A DNA stretch of 64,000 nt from Octopus bimaculoides (taxonomy: Eukaryota). Location: NCBI RefSeq assembly GCF_001194135.2, contig NC_069003.1, forward strand, positions 1,183,737 through 1,247,736, read 5' to 3'. This document shows, piece after piece, positions 39,471 to 52,010 of this stretch. The translations under genes and the position numbers were made by a program. The notes beneath the pieces were generated by a model. It had not been told where the DNA came from. It worked only from the letters and a program-made list of their open reading frames with translations, and searched no databases. How positions within the stretch are numbered: the stretch's first letter is position 1; each line of letters opens with the position of its first letter.

Positions 39471-41217
39471 GTAATATATAACCACGAGTACACCTACACA
39501 TCCACCCACGAATATACGTACATAAAACCTATACAAACATATATATACATGCATGTAACATATATATGTATATATATACATACATATATATATGTGTATA
39601 TATATATGTGTGTATATATATATGTGTATATATATGTACATATGTAATAATGTACATACTAACATACATATATATCTTCATATATTTTCTATATATGTAT
39701 ACATTCATTTAGTGGGCCGATATGATTGCACGATTTTCCAATAAAAGCTGTATTATTGCAATTTGAGTATATACATAACACATGTGATCCTACAGAGTAT
39801 TTTCTTTACACCAACCAATAAGAATATAGAACCAAACAAAATGAAGTTAAACAAATATTTTATTTGTCATAGAAAATAATACTTCATCATTTCCACATAG
39901 AATAATATTAAAATATTTTTGTTTTCTTTTTAAAGATAATTATTGGTAATTTATATGAGAAAATGTCGAAAGCCAATGAGAGTTATTATTAAAGCCAAGG
40001 TGTCTTTTATACTTTCTTAAATGTTCCCTGCCAACAGTCATTTTCGTTTCATATATTTTTCTAATTCTGTAATATTTTCTTAGTCCTTCGCAGACAATAT
40101 ATTGTTCCCTGTTGCTATTTGTTTTAATAAATTATCAATCATATATATTCCATTTTTTAATCTGTTTTGATTTATTGTTGATATGAAATTCTGTACTGCA
40201 GCAGTAGTTGTACTTCGGGAGGGTCAATTGGCCAATATAATCGACGTTCTACTTCGCTTTATTTTATTATTATCAAGACGTCGCAAAGTATCCAATATCG
40301 TGATGTTGTTGATTGAAGATACTGTGCCTACCGGAGGGGGAAGAGTTCTTCTTCTTCTTCTTCTTCTTCTTCTTCTTCTTCTTCTTCTAGTTCCGGGTTA
40401 ATAAACTTTGGTATCACATTATGTCATCCACGTTAGTGTTCCATTTTCTCTGCAGTGAGTGAAATGGTCATATGTAATTGTGTATACTTTGGAAATTCTT
40501 GAGCTTGAAAACCTGCCTTTGTTGCTTCAGATTTCTGTCTAGAATTTACTTGCTGCTCCAGCATCTGGAAAAGCATTCCCCTTCAGTTCCTCTTCATTGT
40601 TCACTTGTTTAGGGGATTTTCGCCCGGCTTTATACATACATTCATACATACATACCTTGTTGATGTTGTTGAAATTCCGAGGAAGACGCCTTGGATTTAG
40701 GCATTTCATCGTCTGCGACAGTTTGGTAGTTCCTCATCTATCTTAGTTGGCACAAAATGACCGCTCAAATTTTTGGCTGATAACTGATAATACCGCCAGG
40801 TTAACAACAGAACAAAGTGAATTTTCCACATTTTTACCCTCAAATTCCACTCCACTGATCTCTCTCAGCATAACAGAAGATCAACACATTCCAGACGTCT
40901 ACAATACTCATAGCAACAATATTAAAAACGAAGTGACATAACGATATTCATACTGTACCACGGTCGATTCCTTCATCTGCTCAAATGCATATCACAAGAA
41001 TATTGCCATTTTATAAGTACGACTTGAAGGCGAGATTGCCCAAGCATCGGAATGTGTTTTTGAACACAGAACGAGATGATAACGAAAATGTTTTTTTTCT
41101 TACCCCTGCTCAGCAAGTTACAAAGAAATTAAACAAACAAATCCCAGGATCTCTAGAAAATATGGTGGAGTGCATCATAAAAATGTAATCAAGGATCTAA
41201 ATTCACTGAATTCTGCA

Positions 41218-41219
<2 letters not shown>

Positions 41220-41263
<44 letters not shown>
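41220..41263 (+). repeat. Pure poly(A) run of about 44 nt
   Basis: Directly visible; the only long A-homopolymer in the window. Confidence 0.95.
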
Positions 41264-41265
<2 letters not shown>

Positions 41266-41495
41266 AACAAATAAATAATATATGAATAATAAATAAATCG
41301 GGTTTTTATCTCACCGAAATGTATAAAAAAGGGTGTTATTGAATTCAACATGCAATGGTGCCTTCGGTGCAATGCATAAACGGACAGTATTGGGAATCAG
41401 ATAAAAGCGACATGTTCTCTTCTCTATGATTTATTGCAGAGTTTATAGATTTCTACCATAGTTTTTCATTTGGATCACAATTCTGAAATGGCGAG

Positions 41496-41530
<35 letters not shown>

Positions 41531-41537
41531 CAGTATG

Positions 41538-41578
<41 letters not shown>

Positions 41579-41671
41579 CTTTCTATGAATACAGGCAAGT
41601 AGTTATGTGGGTAGGAAGGTATATATATATAGTTATTTATATGTATACAAACGTCCATATATATATCTATC

Positions 41672-41757
<86 letters not shown>

Positions 41758-42061
41758 TGTACATATATAACTATATTTATATAGGTAAATATATGTATAT
41801 ATGTGTATGTGTATATATGTAATATACATAGATAAATAAATATATATATGTATATAAAACACATACATCCCTATATATATTTGTGTGAGTGTGCGTATGT
41901 ATAGATAAATCCAGATCTATACATGTACACATATATGTGCATATATCTTTATAAAATCTATTCCTGTTTTGCTTACGGTTACTTTCCTTTAGAATACGGT
42001 TTGTATGTATTGCTCAAATATACATACACACATATATACATACACACATGCACATATAAAT

Positions 42062-42125
<64 letters not shown>

Positions 42126-42453
42126 GTAGTGCTGTTTGATGCATCGTAATTTTATTACAAAATATACGTTAACCACAAAATGCATTTAAACTCCCCCACC
42201 ACACACACACACACACACACACAAGGTGTACAAAGGGTGATCGGAAGATTATAGAATAAGCATGGCATTATCTGATGCTGATATATATGGGCGTACACGC
42301 CACTGTATTTGTTATTCACATATATACACATGGATATATACGTGTGTGTACATACATATGAGCATGTTTACGTATATAAAAATATACAATCATATACATA
42401 GGTATTTACATACATACTTCTATATATCTAATTCTTTCTCGGTTTCTCTCTCA

Positions 42454-42485
<32 letters not shown>

Positions 42486-43726
42486 GTATATATATGTATA
42501 TATATATGTATATGTATATATATATGTATATATATATATATGTATATATATATGTATATGTATATATATATATATGTGTATATATATANNNNNNNNNNNN
42601 NNNNNNNNNNNNNNNNNNNNNNNNNNNNNNNNNNNNNNNNNNNNNNNNNNNNNNNNNNNNNNNNNNNNNNNNNNNNNNNNNNNNNNNNNNNNNNNNNNNN
42701 NNNNNNNNNNNNNNNNNNNNNNNNNNNNNNNNNNNNNNNNNNNNNNNNNNNNNNNNNNNNNNNNNNNNNNNNNNNNNNNNNNNNNNNNNNNNNNNNNNNN
42801 NNNNNNNNNNNNNNNNNNNNNNNNNNNNNNNNNNNNNNNNNNNNNNNNNNNNNNNNNNNNNNNNNNNNNNNNNNNNNNNNNNNNNNNNNNNNNNNNNNNN
42901 NNNNNNNNNNNNNNNNNNNNNNNNNNNNNNNNNNNNNNNNNNNNNNNNNNNNNNNNNNNNNNNNNNNNNNNNNNNNNNNNNNNNNNNNNNNNNNNNNNNN
43001 NNNNNNNNNNNNNNNNNNNNNNNNNNNNNNNNNNNNNNNNNNNNNNNNNNNNNNNNNNNNNNNNNNNNNNNNNNNNNNNNNNNNNNNNNNNNNNNNNNNN
43101 NNNNNNNNNNNNNNNNNNNNNNNNNNNNNNNNNNNNNNNNNNNNNNNNNNNNNNNNNNNNNNNNNNNNNNNNNNNNNNNNNNNNNNNNNNNNNNNNNNNN
43201 NNNNNNNNNNNNNNNNNNNNNNNNNNNNNNNNNNNNNNNNNNNNNNNNNNNNNNNNNNNNNNNNNNNNNNNNNNNNNNNNNNNNNNNNNNNNNNNNNNNN
43301 NNNNNNNNNNNNNNNNNNNNNNNNNNNNNNNNNNNNNNNNNNNNNNNNNNNNNNNNNNNNNNNNNNNNNNNNNNNNNNNNNNNNNNNNNNNNNNNNNNNN
43401 NNNNNNNNNNNNNNNNNNNNNNNNNNNNNNNNNNNNNNNNNNNNNNNNNNNNNNNNNNNNNNNNNNNNNNTATATATGTATGTATATATGTATGTATATA
43501 TGTATGTATATGTATGTATATGTATATATATGTATATATATATATGTATGTATATATGTATGTATATATGTATGTATATATGTATATATATATGTATGTA
43601 TATATGTATGTATATATATGTATGTATGTATGTATATATATGTATGTATATATGTATATATATGTATGTATATATGTATGTATATATGTATGTATATATG
43701 TATGTATATATGTATATATATGTATG

Positions 43727-43759
<33 letters not shown>

Positions 43760-44319
43760 GTATACACCTACATGATACTGATTTCATACTGTGTCCCTAA
43801 TGCATTTTAATGGATAGGATCAATGCTGTCACATTTCAAACCCACCCGTATTTCTATCTCCCGCTTTAAGTTATATTTTTTTTTCAAAAACAAACTGCAC
43901 TTTCATTTTTCCTAATACTAACACATTTATATTAGCCAACAGGCAGCCATTATGGAATATTTATGTGGTCCTCCCTTAGCAACAACAACTGCTGCATCAC
44001 ACCACCCCCACGACCCCCACCACCACCACTAGCAGCAGCAGCAGTAGTATCATTAGTATTAGCAGTAGTAGCAGCACATAATGATGCTATTCATATACTG
44101 GATGGTATTCTGTGCGTTTTTTTTTCCGTTTTAGTATTTCAGTAGGGTTTATATTACTGACACAGAAACATTTGCCACCAGGGGGCCACTTTAATGTGAC
44201 CATTATACAGTCGGTGTGTATGTGCATACGTACGCACATGTATTCATGGAAGTGTACATTTATGTCAGTGGATATATATTATACGTATATGTATACATGT
44301 ATATGCATATGCACACATA

Positions 44320-44374
<55 letters not shown>

Positions 44375-44780
44375 ACATTCATATATACAACATTAAATAT
44401 GCTTAAGTGCATGTATATATCTATAAATTCATAGATATGCATAAATGAATAAACACACATATGGGTGCATACGTGTGTATGTGTGAGTGTGTTGATGTTC
44501 CACTGTGTGCGTTTGCGTGCTTGTGCGTGCCTCTGCGTGCGTGTATGTGTATACTCATATAATATATATGTATATATGCATATATAGATAGTATACAATT
44601 GCAAAAACCTGCGTTTAACTAGTCTATAAAAATGCGTGCATGTTTCGTAGATGTCAAATAAGTTTCGTATTCATCTTTGGAGAACTCCATTTTCAAGGCT
44701 AACGGTGAAAGTTGAAATGCTTATCTCTCTGTATCTCACTTTCTTTCTATCTCTCTGTATATACATAAATACCTACATAC

Positions 44781-44811
<31 letters not shown>

Positions 44812-46285
44812 GAAGCACACAACATGTATGTGTTCACGTATGTTTATTTATAAATTGCATGTGTTTCTGCATTTGCTGTTAGTGAAATTCATCTACCCTG
44901 ACAGCCTTCATAGTTATTTCATCTCCTCCCTCTAGGCATCAGTTTGATGACCTCCTGACGTCAATGATATTATATATTTCTTTTTTTGTTCTGAAAAAGT
45001 TTTCAATTATGGCTTGCTTAGGTATTATATAATCGAACTCTTCTACATTTCCCCTGCATTTCTCTTATTAGTTACGAGCAATATGTATCTCGCTGGTGCC
45101 ATTTTACCAAAACGTCACGTTTGTGGTGAGTTTCATACAATATATTTCATCCGTAATGTGCTTCTAAATGGGCAATCCTGAATTCAATTTGAACTTTCAA
45201 TAGATTACGAAGAAATGCATCTTCGAGGGGGTACTTTTGCAACAACAGGTTAGCAACACTACTGTGCGATTCTTGCAGCAAATATTGCTAAATACCATTA
45301 CGTTTGGCACTCATGCTTTTCTTCGTGGTTGCTCTCTCCGGCAGATCTACTGACCGCTTTGAATCGCAAGCGATATTTTATGTTTACTCTGCTCAGGTAG
45401 ATATTGTTTTTCATTGTTCTATTTGATCATCTCCTTCTGTTGTTGTTTAGGCGTTTGAGCGTGTGTTACCTAACTGTCTTTGTAATACGCCTGTCTGTGT
45501 TAACGAATTGCCTTTAAAATTTAAGGCCCACGTTTGAACGTCCCTTTCTTCACTAAAATGCTCAAGGCTCTCGTTATCTGAAGTGACCTGCATTTTCTAA
45601 TATGGTGTTATTAAATTGCTACTTCTAGCAAATGATAGTTACCCGAAACTGGTTCGGCTCTTTGCTTTGTCGTATCCATTCGCTCATATACCTGTTTTTT
45701 GTTCTTTCATTCCATGTCGGATTCCTTCCAGCAGTTTTACGTTTAAAAGTTTTATTATCACATCCAGCGCTCGTCTTTCCGTAAATCTTAGACTACGTTT
45801 CCCCCTGTATTTATCATCGGTTGCTGTTGATGAATGACAACAGAAAAGAAGAAAAGGAATCTCGAAAAATAAATTCTTGCTTTTTACTTTTGGGAAGTAT
45901 AATAAAAAATTTTGATAATTCTGAACGAAGTAGAAACAATAGGAACGATTATTAGAAGAAATAACGATTTAATTTTTTGAAATGTATTAATTGTCATGTT
46001 TAATATGAATTCGAAACTTCATTTTACAGACAACACTGAATGCAACATAATAGTTTCAACCTTATCATACCTTAACTTTGTGTTCGTCATTCTGTACCCG
46101 AACACTCAAATGAATTATCTTCATCCGTGCCATTGTCTTAATGAAATGGAATAAATTCAAGAAGAATATCATTTTTACAGTTTCTCCTCTCGATATCATA
46201 TAAAATAGTATTGGAAATGAATTGTAACAATATTGCATGTATAGAAAAATACAGGTTCCTTGCAAATGTGCGAGAAATTTAAGTT

Positions 46286-46337
46286 GTGTACAGGAGTGGC
46301 TGTGTGGTAAGTAGCTTGCTTACGAACCACATGGTTC
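46286..46337 (+). mobile_element. SINE family A head, truncated by an assembly gap
   Basis: CAGGAGTGGCTGTGTGGTAAGTAGCTTGCTTACGAACCACATGGTTC. Confidence 0.85.
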
Positions 46338-46437
46338 NNNNNNNNNNNNNNNNNNNNNNNNNNNNNNNNNNNNNNNNNNNNNNNNNNNNNNNNNNNNNNN
46401 NNNNNNNNNNNNNNNNNNNNNNNNNNNNNNNNNNNNN

Positions 46438-47972
46438 CCACCTCTTATTCATCATAGTCCTCCAGGCAATAACAGAGGAATTCAAAAACAGATTGCCCTT
46501 GGGAGCTCCTCTATGCTGATGACCTGGCCCTCATAGCACAATCACTACCAGAACTAGAGAAGAAATTCCAGGTGTGGAAGCAAGGTTTAGAGCCGAAGGG
46601 CCTTAGAGTCAATGTTGCAAAGACCAAAGTCCTAGTAAGTAGGAAGGCGAACACATCACACACCTCTTCAGGTAGGTGGCCTTGCTCCATCTGTAGATAA
46701 GGGATAGGTAGAAACTCCATAAGATATATCCAGTGTAAGCTATGGACGCAGAAGAGGTGTATCAACATCAAAGGAAGATTAACCGAGAAGATAGCTTTCG
46801 TGTGTGGCAGATGCACAGGGGCAATAAACACCACAGATGCTTAGAAAATAGATTCCATCACATGCCAGAGGGAAAAACTAGAAGTAGTTGATAGTTTCTG
46901 CAATTTAGGGGACCAAGTTAGTAGTTGGGAGTGGATGCTCAGAGAGCATTACCACTAGAATAAGAATAGCCTGGGCAAAGTTCAGAAAGCTTCTACCCCT
47001 ACTGGTGACAAAGGGTCTCTTACTCAGAGTGAAAGGTAGATTGTACGATGCGTTTGTGCGAACTGCCATGCTTCACAGCAGTGAAACATGGGCCATGACT
47101 GCTGACGACATGCGTAGGCTCGAAAGAAATGAAGCTAGCATGATCCATTGGATGCGTAATGTCAGTGTGCACACATGACGGAGTGTAAGCGCTCCGAGAG
47201 AAATGTTGAACATAAGAAGCATCAGATGTGGCGTGCAAGAGAGACGTTTGCGTTGATATGGTCATGTACTACAGGTGGATGAGGAGAGCTGTATGAAGAA
47301 GTGCCACTCCCAAACAGTGGAAGGAATCCAGGGTAGAGGAAGACATGGGAAGAGGTGGTGAAGCATGACCTTCGAACGTTGGGCCTCACAGAGGAAATGA
47401 CGAAAGACAGAGATATGCTGTGACTGAGAAAACCCGGCAAATAAAGTGAGTTTACAGGTGTAACCTACACCAGTGTCGCATAACCAGCCCACTCAAAAAG
47501 TAACCTTGGATCGTAGGGCGACATGCCATGCTTGAGGAGATCTATTGAGTCAAGTACATCAACATCAAAATGAAATCAAATCACAATCAAATGGAAATTG
47601 TATTTGTGGTCCTCGTGCTGGTGGCACATAAAAAGCACCATCCAAACATGGTCGATGCCAGCCCCCTCGCCCCGACTGGCTTCTGTGCTGGTGGCACATA
47701 AAAAGCACCATCCGAACGTGGCCAATGCCAGCACCACTTTCACTGGCTCCCGTGCCAGTGACACATAAAAACCACCATTCGATCGTGGTCGATGCCAGTC
47801 CCCTCTGGATCTTGTGCCAGTGGCACGCAAAAAGCACCCACTGGCGTTAGGAAGGGAATCCAACTGTAGACACATTGCCAGATCAGACTCGTGCCTGGTG
47901 CAGCCTCCTAGCTTTCCAGACCCCAGTCGAACCGTCTAACTCATGTCACCATGGAAAACGGACGTTAAACAA

Positions 47973-47975
<3 letters not shown>
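46438..47975 (+). mobile_element. RTE-clade LINE copy A: 3' part of ORF (RT, PHD-type insert, thumb) plus 3' UTR; decayed, with its 5' end in a gap
   Basis: PLLFIIVLQAITEEF..WELLYADDLALIA (YADD at 46512)..KGLRVNVAKTKVL..WPCSICR..CGRC..LEVVDSF..RIAWAKFRKLLPLL..KGRLYDAFVRTAMLHSSETW. The 3' end is GGAAAACGGACGTTAAACAATGAT. Confidence 0.92.
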
Positions 47976-48009
<34 letters not shown>

Positions 48010-48552
48010 AGTACATTTTCCACGATGTTCTGAATGTAGCAGGAAATGTACAAAAGGTTATAAATTCTGATCATGTGTTCATTCTCTACAAACACTTGAC
48101 AGAAAACATTCGGAGCATTGATTGTTTGAACATGTTCACTCAACCGTGTCAACCTTAACTTACAACACCATACATTGTCACCTGATTCTAACACACAGAC
48201 GTAGCGGGGGACCTACAAAAGTTCTAAAACCAGTCATGTGACTATCCCTCTACCAATCAAATCCTATTCAAAACAGATTCAACTTTGAGCCATGAACTCC
48301 CTGTAAAAATAGGGCAAGCTTCAAAACAGCTGCGACGTAAGCCACATCCTTCTATATGAACTTTTTGAAAATATGTGTAAACTGTGAAACCAGTTAAAGC
48401 TTTAAATATATTACTAAAAAATATTTTAACATTCTCAGTGCATTTTAATCTTGTATTTTTCCTATATTTCTACCAATGTGGAATAAAATAACTTTGTTTT
48501 CTATATGTGTGTGTGTGTGTGGTGTGTAAATATATATATAATATATATAATA

Positions 48553-49900
48553 TCATCATCATCATCATCATCATCGATTAATGTCTGTTTTCCATGCTGG
48601 CATAGGCTGGACGGTTTGATTGTGGTTTGGAAAGCCAGTGGCTGCACCAGGCTATAATCTTGTCTGGTAGAGTTTCTATAGCTGGATGCTGTTCCTAAAG
48701 CCAACTACTCCAAGAGTGGAGTGGGTGCCTTTTATGTGCCACCGGCACTGGAGTCAGTAAGGCGGGTCTGGCAACGATCACATTCAGATGGTGCTTTTTA
48801 CGTGCCACTAATACAGGAACCAGTCTGGGGGTACTGCCATCAAGGTCATGCTTCACCACCTCATCACATGTCTTCCTGAGTCTACCTCTTCCACAGGTTC
48901 CTTCTAAAGTTAGAGAATGAGACTTCTTCACACAGCTATCTTCATTCATACGTAGCACATGGTCATACCAGTGCAGTCGCCTCTCTTGCACACCACATTT
49001 GATACTTCTTTTGCCTAACTTTTCTCTCAGGCCACTTATACTCTGTTGTGTATGTACACTGACATTACACATCCAGCGCATCATACTAACTTCATTTCTT
49101 TCAAGCCTACACATGTTCTCATCATTCATAGCCCATGTTTCACTGCCATGTAGCATGGCAGTTTGCACACATGCATCATGCAGTCTACCTTTCACCCTGA
49201 GGGAGAAGTCCTTAGTTGCCAACAGGGGTAGGAGCTCCCTGAACTTTGCCCAGGCTATTCTTACTCTAGTAGCTACACTCTGAGAGCAGCCACCCCCACT
49301 ACAAACTTGGTCACCTAAGTAGCAGAAGCTATTAACTACTTCTAGTTTCTCCCCCTGACATGTGATGGAATCTGTTTCTGTACATCTTCAGTGTTTATTA
49401 CCCCAGTGCATCTGCCACATACAAAAACTATTTTCCCAGTTAACCATCCTTTGACATTGCTGCACCTTTTACATGTCCATACCTTTCACCAGGTACATCG
49501 TATGGAGTTTCTACCCACGCCTTTTCTACAGATCGAGCAGGGCCATCTACCTGAAGGGGGTTGTGATTTGACAGCCTTCATACTTACTAAAACTTTGGTT
49601 TTGGTTAGGTTGACCCTAAGGCCCTTCGATTCTAGACCTTGCTTCCACACCCTAAACTTCATCTCCAGTTCTGGCAGTGACTCGGCCATAGAGATCAGCC
49701 TGTCTTAAATTCCTGTTATTGCCTGGAGGACTATAATGAATAAAAGGAGGCTGTGAACTGATCTTTGGTGAACCCCTACCTCTACTCGGAATTCTTCACT
49801 ATACTCGTTGCCAACCCTCACCTTACTGACAGCATCCCTGTACAGGACTCGTACCAACCACTCGTCTATCCCTAGTTTCCGTATTAACCACCAGATAAAG
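48553..49900 (-). mobile_element. RTE-clade LINE segment B: 3' half of a minus-strand element, with (GAT)n tail; YADD motif deleted and 3' UTR partly deleted
   Basis: The minus strand gives WWLIRKLGIDEWLVR..EVGVHQ..LLFIIVLQAIT, then jumps to ISMAESLPELE..WPCSICRKGVGRNSIRC..GRLHDACVQTAMLHGSETW..DEVVKHDL. The (TCA)n tract at 48553-48573 is the tail. Confidence 0.92.
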
Positions 49901-52003
49901 CAATGAGGTAGGGGTCCACCAAGGTTCTGTCCTCAGCCCCCTCCTATTCATCATAGTCCTCCAGGCGATAACAGAGGAATTCAAGAAAGGATGCCCCTGG
50001 GAGCTCCTTTATGCTGACGACCTTGCACTAATTGCTGAGTCACTATCAGAACGAGAGGAAAAGTTTCAGGTGTGGAAGAGGGACTAGAATCGAAGGGCCT
50101 TAGAGTCAACCTAGCTAAAACCAAAGTCCTAATAAGTAGAAAGGTAGAGAAAACACAAACCCCTTCAGGTAGATGGCCCTGCTTGATTTGTAGAAAAGGT
50201 GTAGGTAGAAACTCTATAAGATGTACCCAGTGCAAGCTATGGACACATAAGAGGTGCAGNNNNNNNNNNNNNNNNNNNNNNNNNNNNNNNNNNNNNNNNN
50301 NNNNNNNNNNNNNNNNNNNNNNNNNNNNNNNNNNNNNNNNNNNNNNNNNNNNNNNNNNNNNNNNNNNNNNNNNNNNNNNNNNNNNNNNNNNNNNNNNNNN
50401 NNNNNNNNNNNNNNNNNNNNNNNNNNNNNNNNNNNNNNNNNNNNNNNNNNNNNNNNNNNNNNNNNNNNNNNNNNNNNNNNNNNNNNNNNNNNNNNNNNNN
50501 NNNNNNNNNNNNNNNNNNNNNNNNNNNNNNNNNNNNNNNNNNNNNNNNNNNNNNNNNNNNNNNNNNNNNNNNNNNNNNNNNNNNNNNNNNNNNNNNNNNN
50601 NNNNNNNNNNNNNNNNNNNNNNNNNNNNNNNNNNNNNNNNNNNNNNNNNNNNNNNNNNNNNNNNNNNNNNNNNNNNNNNNNNNNNNNNNNNNNNNNNNNN
50701 NNNNNNNNNNNNNNNNNNNNNNNNNNNNNNNNNNNNNNNNNNNNNNNNNNNNNNNNNNNNNNNNNNNNNNNNNNNNNNNNNNNNNNNNNNNNNNNNNNNN
50801 NNNNNNNNNNNNNNNNNNNNNNNNNNNNNNNNNNNNNNNNNNNNNNNNNNNNNNNNNNNNNNNNNNNNNNNNNNNNNNNNNNNNNNNNNNNNNNNNNNNN
50901 NNNNNNNNNNNNNNNNNNNNNNNNNNNNNNNNNNNNNNNNNNNNNNNNNNNNNNNNNNNNNNNNNNNNNNNNNNNNNNNNNNNNNNNNNNNNNNNNNNNN
51001 NNNNNNNNNNNNNNNNNNNNNNNNNNNNNNNNNNNNNNNNNNNNNNNNNNNNNNNNNNNNNNNNNNNNNNNNNNNNNNNNNNNNNNNNNNNNNAGTTGAA
51101 CACAAGAAGCATCAGTTGTGGTGTGCAAGAGAGACGATTGCGCTGGTATGGACATGTGGTGAGAATGGATGAGGATAGCTGAGTGAAAAAGTGCCACACC
51201 CTAGCGGTTGAGGGAACCCGTGGAAGAGGCAGGCCTAGGAAGACCTGGGATGAGGTGGTGAAGCACGACCTCCGAACATTAGACCTCACCGAGGCAATGA
51301 CTTGTGACCGTGACCTTTGGAAATATGCTGTGCGTGAGAAGACCCGGGATGCCAAGTGAGACCAAAATCCAAGGCCTCTGCCAGAGATGTAGCCAGCCCA
51401 CTTACGCATAACATTCCTTTATTGGACACTAAACTCCGCTTGCGAAGACATGGTGAGGCAAGTGAAATAGAAATCGAACTAAATTTGTAGGAACACTGAA
51501 CTCGGCTTGCGAAGACTTGTTTAGGCAAGCGAAAGCGAAATCATGATGGCACCTGTACCAGTGGAGTACTAAGAGCACCGTCCGAATGTGATCGTTGCCA
51601 GAGCAGCTGTATGGCTTCTGTGCCGGTAGCACGTAAATAGCACCAGCGTGATCGTTATCAACATCGCCTTCCTAACACTTGTGCCAGTGGCACGTGAAAA
51701 GACATTCGAGCGAGATCGTTGCCAGTGCCGGTGGACTGGCTCCTGTGCAGGTGGCACGTAAAATACACCATTTCGAGCGTGGCCGTTGCCAGTACCCGCC
51801 TGACTGGCCCTCGTGCCGGTGGCACGTAAAAGCACCCACTACACTCTCGGAGTGGTTGGCGTTAGGAAGGGCATCCAGCTGTAGAAACTCTGCCAAATCA
51901 GATTGGAGCCTGGTGTCGCCTCCTGGTCCACCAGTCCTCAGTCAAATCGTCCAACCCATGCTAGCATGGAACGCGGACGTTAAACGACGATAATTATGAT
52001 GAT
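49901..52003 (+). mobile_element. RTE-clade LINE copy C: 5'-truncated, inserted in the opposite orientation into element D+B; complete 3' UTR and tail
   Basis: EVGVHQGSVLSPLLFIIVLQAITEEFKKGCPWELLYADDLALIAES (YADD at 50010)..WPCLICRKGVGRNSIRCTQCKLWTHKRC, then a gap, then RLRWYGHV..GRGRPRKTWDEVVKHDLRTL. It ends GGACGTTAAACGACGATAATTATGATGATGA and is flanked by GATAAAG (49894-49900) and GAGAAAG (52004-52010). Confidence 0.93.
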
Positions 52004-52010
52004 GAGAAAG

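Noticed and set aside
47615-47840. Repeat-spacer appearance resembling a CRISPR array (also 51554-51840 and 26561-26705)
   Set aside because: Eukaryotic context, no cas genes, spacers are homologous to each other, and the array is part of the RTE 3' UTR or a VNTR.
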